64,000 nt of DNA from positions 1,620-65,619 of the IMG/VR virus record IMGVR_UViG_3300043548_000091; one strand, 5' to 3'. This DNA comes from a virus. Lineage: Duplodnaviria; Caudoviricetes. The notes beneath the pieces are model-generated. The model saw nothing but the letters and a program-made list of their open reading frames with translations, did no database searches and had not been told where the DNA came from. Position 1 is the first letter of the stretch; the number at the start of each line of letters is the position of its first letter. Positions 60,708-64,000 of this stretch are shown here, piece after piece. A program made the translations under genes and the position numbers.

Positions 60708-61158
60708 AGTTAACGCCCGGACCCCTCGCGACCTCGCGTCGCGCGAAAAATCTGCACGCGCGGTCTATCAACCGCCAAGTGCACTGCCCGATCCGACCCC
60801 CGAGCCGGGGTACGTGTACCGCTGGATTGCGACGCACGTCCTTGGTGAGGCCCAGAACGTCAACGTGTCCAACAAGATGCGTGAAGGCTGGGAGCCGGTG
60901 AAGGCCGTGGATCATCCGGAACTGATGCTGGAAGGCAATGCGAAGACCGGGAACGTCGAAATCGGCGGCCTGATGCTTTGCAAGATGCCTCGGGAGCGTG
61001 CGCAAGCGCGTGACGAGTATTACGCCGCCCAGAACCGGGCCCAGATGGAATCCGTGGACAACAACTTTATGCGAAACAATGACCCGCGTATGCCGCTGTT
61101 CGCCGACCGCAAGTCGTCGGCCAGTCGCGGAAACGGGTTTGGTTCTGGTTCCAAGTAA
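60700..61158 (+). CDS. Conserved head-module protein
   Basis: GYVYRWI..REGWEPV..IGGLMLCKMP. Confidence 0.75.
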   Translation: MAEVNARTPRDLASREKSARAVYQPPSALPDPTPEPGYVYRWIATHVLGEAQNVNVSNKMREGWEPVKAVDHPELMLEGNAKTGNVEIGGLMLCKMPRERAQARDEYYAAQNRAQMESVDNNFMRNNDPRMPLFADRKSSASRGNGFGSGSK

Positions 61159-61172
61159 CTCAGGAGTATTAA

Positions 61173-61793
61173 ATGGCTTCCACCGCTTCTCCCTACGGCT
61201 TTCGAGCCGTAAATGAACTGGGCGGCCTACCGTACGCCGGTAGCACCCGCACGTTCCTCATCAACCCCGCTGGCTACGCCAACAACATCTTCAATGGTTC
61301 CATTGTTTTTGTTGGTTCGGACGGCTATCTGCAACTGGTGACCGGTACCGGCGCTGACGGCACGACCAACTCGTTCCCCGGCAACGGCACTCTGACCGGC
61401 GCTGTGGGCGTGTTTGTGGGTTGCTCCTACTACAACGCCCAAGGTCAACTGATCTTCTCGCAGTACTACCCGGCCAACACGACCGGCGTGGTTCAAGCGA
61501 TGGTGATCGACGACGACCGCACCGTGTTCCAAGTGCAGGCCGCTGGTACGATTTCCCAGACCGAACTGGGCAACAACGTCTACCTGAACGCTGCCCAGAG
61601 CACCAGCACGGGTTCGACCCAGACCGGCAACAGCAACACCGCTGTGAACGCCACCGCCATCACCACCACCGCTGCTTTCCGCATCGTTGGTTTTGTCGAA
61701 AGCACCACCTCCACCGTGGGTGACGCTTACACCGACATTCTGGTGAAGTTCAACCCCGGCTATCACAGCTACAGCAACGCTGTTGGCCTGTAA
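61173..61793 (+). CDS. Putative minor capsid / decoration protein
   Basis: PYGFR..IF.G..GVFVGC.Y; strongly biased codons; directly before the major capsid gene. Confidence 0.7.
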   Translation: MASTASPYGFRAVNELGGLPYAGSTRTFLINPAGYANNIFNGSIVFVGSDGYLQLVTGTGADGTTNSFPGNGTLTGAVGVFVGCSYYNAQGQLIFSQYYPANTTGVVQAMVIDDDRTVFQVQAAGTISQTELGNNVYLNAAQSTSTGSTQTGNSNTAVNATAITTTAAFRIVGFVESTTSTVGDAYTDILVKFNPGYHSYSNAVGL

Positions 61794-61806
61794 GGAGTAA
61801 TACAAA

Positions 61807-62739
61807 ATGGCTATCTCTCGTGCACAGCTACTCAAAGAACTCCTGCCCGGCCTGAATGCGCTGTTCGGTATGGAATACGCCCGTTACGGCGAAGAGCACA
61901 AGGAAATCTACGAGACCGAGAAGTCCGAGCGTAGCTTCGAAGAGGAGACCAAGCTCTCCGGCTTCGGCGCTGCCCCGGTCAAGAACGAAGGCTCCGCGAT
62001 CGCCTACGACAACGCGCAGGAAGCGTTCACCGCCCGCTACACCCACGAGACCATCGCTCTGGGCTTCTCGATCACCGAGGAAGCGGTCGAAGACAACCTG
62101 TACGACAGCCTGTCGGCCCGCTACACCAAGGCTCTGGCTCGCGCCATGGCCTACACCAAGCAGGTCAAGGCCGCGTCGGTCCTGAACAACGGTTTCAGCC
62201 AGAGCTACCTCGGTGGCGACGGCGTCTCCCTGTTCGGCGTGAACTCTTCGGGCACCCGCGTTGGCCATCCGCTGGTTGGCGGCGGCCAGAACTACAACAG
62301 CCCGACCACTGGTGTCGATCTGAACGAGACCTCGCTGGAAAACGCCACGATTCAAATCGCTGCGTGGACCGACGAACGTGGTCTGCTGATCGCTGCCAAG
62401 CCGGTCAAGCTGGTGGTTCCCCCGGCCCTGATGTTCCAGTCCAAGCGTCTGCTGGACACCGAACTGCGTGTCGCTACCGCTGACAACGACATCAACGCCA
62501 TCAAGCAGATGGGCACCATCTCCGGTGGCTACACCGTCAACCACTTCTTGACCGACCCGAACGCTTGGTTCCTGACCACTGACGTTCCCAACGGCCTGAA
62601 GCACTTCGAGCGTGTGGCTCTGTCCACCTCGATGGACGGCGACTTTGACACCGGCAACGTCCGTTACAAGGCTCGCGAGCGTTACAGCTTCGGCTGGTCC
62701 GATCCCCTCGGCATGTGGGGTTCTGCCGGTTCGACCTGA
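61807..62739 (+). CDS. Major capsid protein (Mu gpT-like)
   Basis: MAISRAQLLKELLPGLNALFG..SERSFEEE..FDTGNVRYKARERYSFGWSD; strong SD and codon bias. Confidence 0.92.
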   Translation: MAISRAQLLKELLPGLNALFGMEYARYGEEHKEIYETEKSERSFEEETKLSGFGAAPVKNEGSAIAYDNAQEAFTARYTHETIALGFSITEEAVEDNLYDSLSARYTKALARAMAYTKQVKAASVLNNGFSQSYLGGDGVSLFGVNSSGTRVGHPLVGGGQNYNSPTTGVDLNETSLENATIQIAAWTDERGLLIAAKPVKLVVPPALMFQSKRLLDTELRVATADNDINAIKQMGTISGGYTVNHFLTDPNAWFLTTDVPNGLKHFERVALSTSMDGDFDTGNVRYKARERYSFGWSDPLGMWGSAGST

Positions 62740-62755
62740 TCTTCAGGAAGACTGT

Positions 62756-62786
62756 GAAAAAGGGGCCTTGTGCCCCTTTTTCTTTT
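62756..62786 (+). terminator. Intrinsic, probably bidirectional terminator after the capsid gene
   Basis: GAAAAAGGGGC-CTTGT-GCCCCTTTTTC followed by TTTT. Confidence 0.8.
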
Positions 62787-62796
62787 GCTGTATATT
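62768..62796 (+). promoter_or_regulatory. Sigma70-like promoter overlapping the terminator
   Basis: TTGTGC-17 nt-TATATT. Confidence 0.5.
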
Positions 62797-62802
62797 GCCC
62801 CA

Positions 62803-62880
62803 AACCCGGGGTCATCCGGCGTTGCTGACAGGTCCCGGCCTGACGACATGCAGACAGCACGCCCCAACTCGCATGTGAGG
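62803..62880 (+). ncRNA. Structured RNA downstream of the gpT-like capsid gene (possible Mu-gpT-DE motif)
   Basis: Crossing pairings CCGGG/CCCGG, GGCG.TGCTG/CAGCACGCC and ACATGC/GCATGT; location matches the described motif context. Confidence 0.5.
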
Positions 62881-62885
62881 TCTAA

Positions 62886-63191
62886 ATGGCACGCACCACT
62901 TTCTCCGGCCCGGTTAAGTCTGACAACGGCTTCGAAGGCGCAATCACCGGCAACGTCACTGGCAACGTCACCGGCAACGTCACCGGCAACGTCACCGGCA
63001 CCGTGACTTCCACCACCACGACTTCTGCGGCTCTGGGCGCAATCGCCAACGCCGTGAACACGTCTGGCAAGGCTCTGGGCACCACGCTGTACAACACCAC
63101 GACCAAGACTTTCTACGTGGCTCAAGGCGCACTGGCTGCCAGCACTTGGATCGACGCTGCTGACGGCACCACGACCATCACCCCGGCCTAA
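62886..63191 (+). CDS. Putative head fibre / decoration protein
   Basis: MARTTFSGPVKSDNGF followed by (TGNV)x4. Confidence 0.75.
   Translation: MARTTFSGPVKSDNGFEGAITGNVTGNVTGNVTGNVTGTVTSTTTTSAALGAIANAVNTSGKALGTTLYNTTTKTFYVAQGALAASTWIDAADGTTTITPA
62946..62999 (+). repeat. 12-bp coding tandem repeat (ACCGGCAACGTC, about 4.5 copies)
   Basis: Directly visible; encodes TGNV repeats. Confidence 0.85.
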
Positions 63192-63203
63192 TAGGAGGCC
63201 GAC

Positions 63204-63491
63204 ATGGCCATGCAATACGACGTAAAAGCCGCGTACACCGAGGCTGACGCAGCGATGGTCACGTACCCGGTGCGGATCAAGGGCGCGTACATCTCGGTCA
63301 CGACGGGTGGTGCTAACCCCATCATCTTTTATGACAACGCGTCCGCAGCTTCGGGCAATGTTTTGCTTAAGCTGGGTGTGACTGCGGCTGGATGCCACAC
63401 GGTGGTGATCCCCGGCGAAGGCATTCGGGCCGACAACGGCGTCTACTGCGACACCGGCAGCGCTGCTGCGGTGACTTTGTACTATGGCTAA
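63204..63491 (+). CDS. Putative small virion protein
   Basis: MQYDVK..RIKG..IPGEGI..VTLYYG; SD AGGAGG. Confidence 0.75.
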   Translation: MAMQYDVKAAYTEADAAMVTYPVRIKGAYISVTTGGANPIIFYDNASAASGNVLLKLGVTAAGCHTVVIPGEGIRADNGVYCDTGSAAAVTLYYG

Positions 63492-63729
63492 AACACCCGC
63501 ATGGCAACGCAAGGAAGGCAAATCCGAGAAGGGTGGTCTGAACGCCAAGGGGCGCGCCTCTGCGAAGGCCCAAGGGATGAACCTAAAACCTCCGCAACCC
63601 GAGGGCGGCAAACGGCGCGACTCCTTTTGCGCGAGGATGAGTGGTATGAAGAAGAAACTCACCTCGGCCAAGACCGCGAAAGACCCAAACTCCCGGATTA
63701 ACAAGTCGTTGCGTGCATGGAATTGCTGA
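63484..63729 (+). CDS. Small basic protein (DUF6321-like)
   Basis: AWQRKEGK..GGLNAKGRAS..RRDSFCARM..SRINKSLRAWNC. Confidence 0.8.
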   Translation: MAKTPAWQRKEGKSEKGGLNAKGRASAKAQGMNLKPPQPEGGKRRDSFCARMSGMKKKLTSAKTAKDPNSRINKSLRAWNC

Positions 63730-63730
63730 C

Positions 63731-63940
63731 ATGAAGCAGGAAAACGTTGAGCTTGCAAAACAGGTTGGCGACGGCCTGTCGGTTGTTACCGCTATCGGCA
63801 CTCTCGTGCAGTTGCTGCCTTCTGTCGCTGCGCTGTTCACAATTATTTGGACAGGCATGCGGATCGCCGAGATGGTTGCGGGCAAGCCGTTTGCCGAAAT
63901 TATTCGGCGCAAGAAAGCCGACGATGCCGAGCGTCAGTAA
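63731..63940 (+). CDS. Small membrane protein
   Basis: D.LSVVTAIGTL..LPSVAALFTIIWT. Confidence 0.65.
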   Translation: MKQENVELAKQVGDGLSVVTAIGTLVQLLPSVAALFTIIWTGMRIAEMVAGKPFAEIIRRKKADDAERQ

Positions 63941-64000
63941 GAAGCAGCACAACTTCATGGCTGCGGTGGCCAAGAACCCCGCGTTTGCCAAGAAGGCCGG
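63924..64000 (+). CDS. Small basic protein, truncated at window end
   Basis: MPSVSKKQHNFMAAVAKNPAFAKKA... Confidence 0.65.
   Translation, partial: MPSVSKKQHNFMAAVAKNPAFAKKA

Larger units (their letters stand above)
1..64000. mobile_element. Tailed dsDNA bacteriophage genome, near-complete and circularly permuted (podovirus-like)
   Basis: Contains terminase, portal, major capsid, tail/ejection, lysis and replication modules and no host housekeeping genes. Both ends lie in the small-basic-protein cluster after the capsid gene. Confidence 0.97.

Noticed and set aside
62946-62999. 12-bp tandem repeat as mini-CRISPR or regulatory array
   Set aside because: No spacers; it is an in-frame coding repeat (TGNV).
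1-64000. tRNA genes, integrase, introns/inteins, stop-codon reassignment
   Set aside because: No cloverleaf or recombinase motifs noticed; terminase, polymerase and capsid genes are uninterrupted and tile well under the standard code. Judged by eye only.

Overview
The window is a near-complete, circularly permuted, GC-rich tailed dsDNA phage genome with a podovirus-like (P22/HTVC010P-type) gene order, of the kind common among uncultured aquatic Caudoviricetes. Both ends fall in the same cluster of small basic proteins between the capsid and head-tail genes, so probably only a short stretch is missing (inference). Plus strand 1-28481: an endonuclease VII remnant, head-tail adaptors, several fibre/chaperone pairs, a lysis cassette (T4 gpT-like holin, 3TM-type holin, GH19 endolysin), tail hub, GNAT protein, ejection proteins and a 2960-aa polyvalent protein. 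Minus strand 28.4-54.0 kb: primase-helicase, HTH regulator, SSB-like protein, SNF2 helicase, HNH, PD-(D/E)XK nuclease, family A polymerase (Leu762 type), VRR-NUC, many small early genes and an AAA+/vWA-metallopeptidase module. Plus strand 54.4-64.0 kb: terminases, portal, GroES-like protein, scaffold, Mu gpT-like major capsid and small proteins. No integrase, tRNA, CRISPR array or reverse transcriptase was seen. The most notable unexplained signals are two families of palindromic operator-like sites, a symmetric 73-bp inverted repeat around an AT-rich core, three structured intergenic RNA candidates, an overprinted ORF with its own Shine-Dalgarno inside the polymerase, a GNAT gene coupled to a leader-GGGG ejection protein, a shared x-A-x-G-G motif in internal virion proteins, and an AT-richer peptidase/ART cassette in the giant protein. 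All family assignments come from motif recognition by eye; no searches were run.
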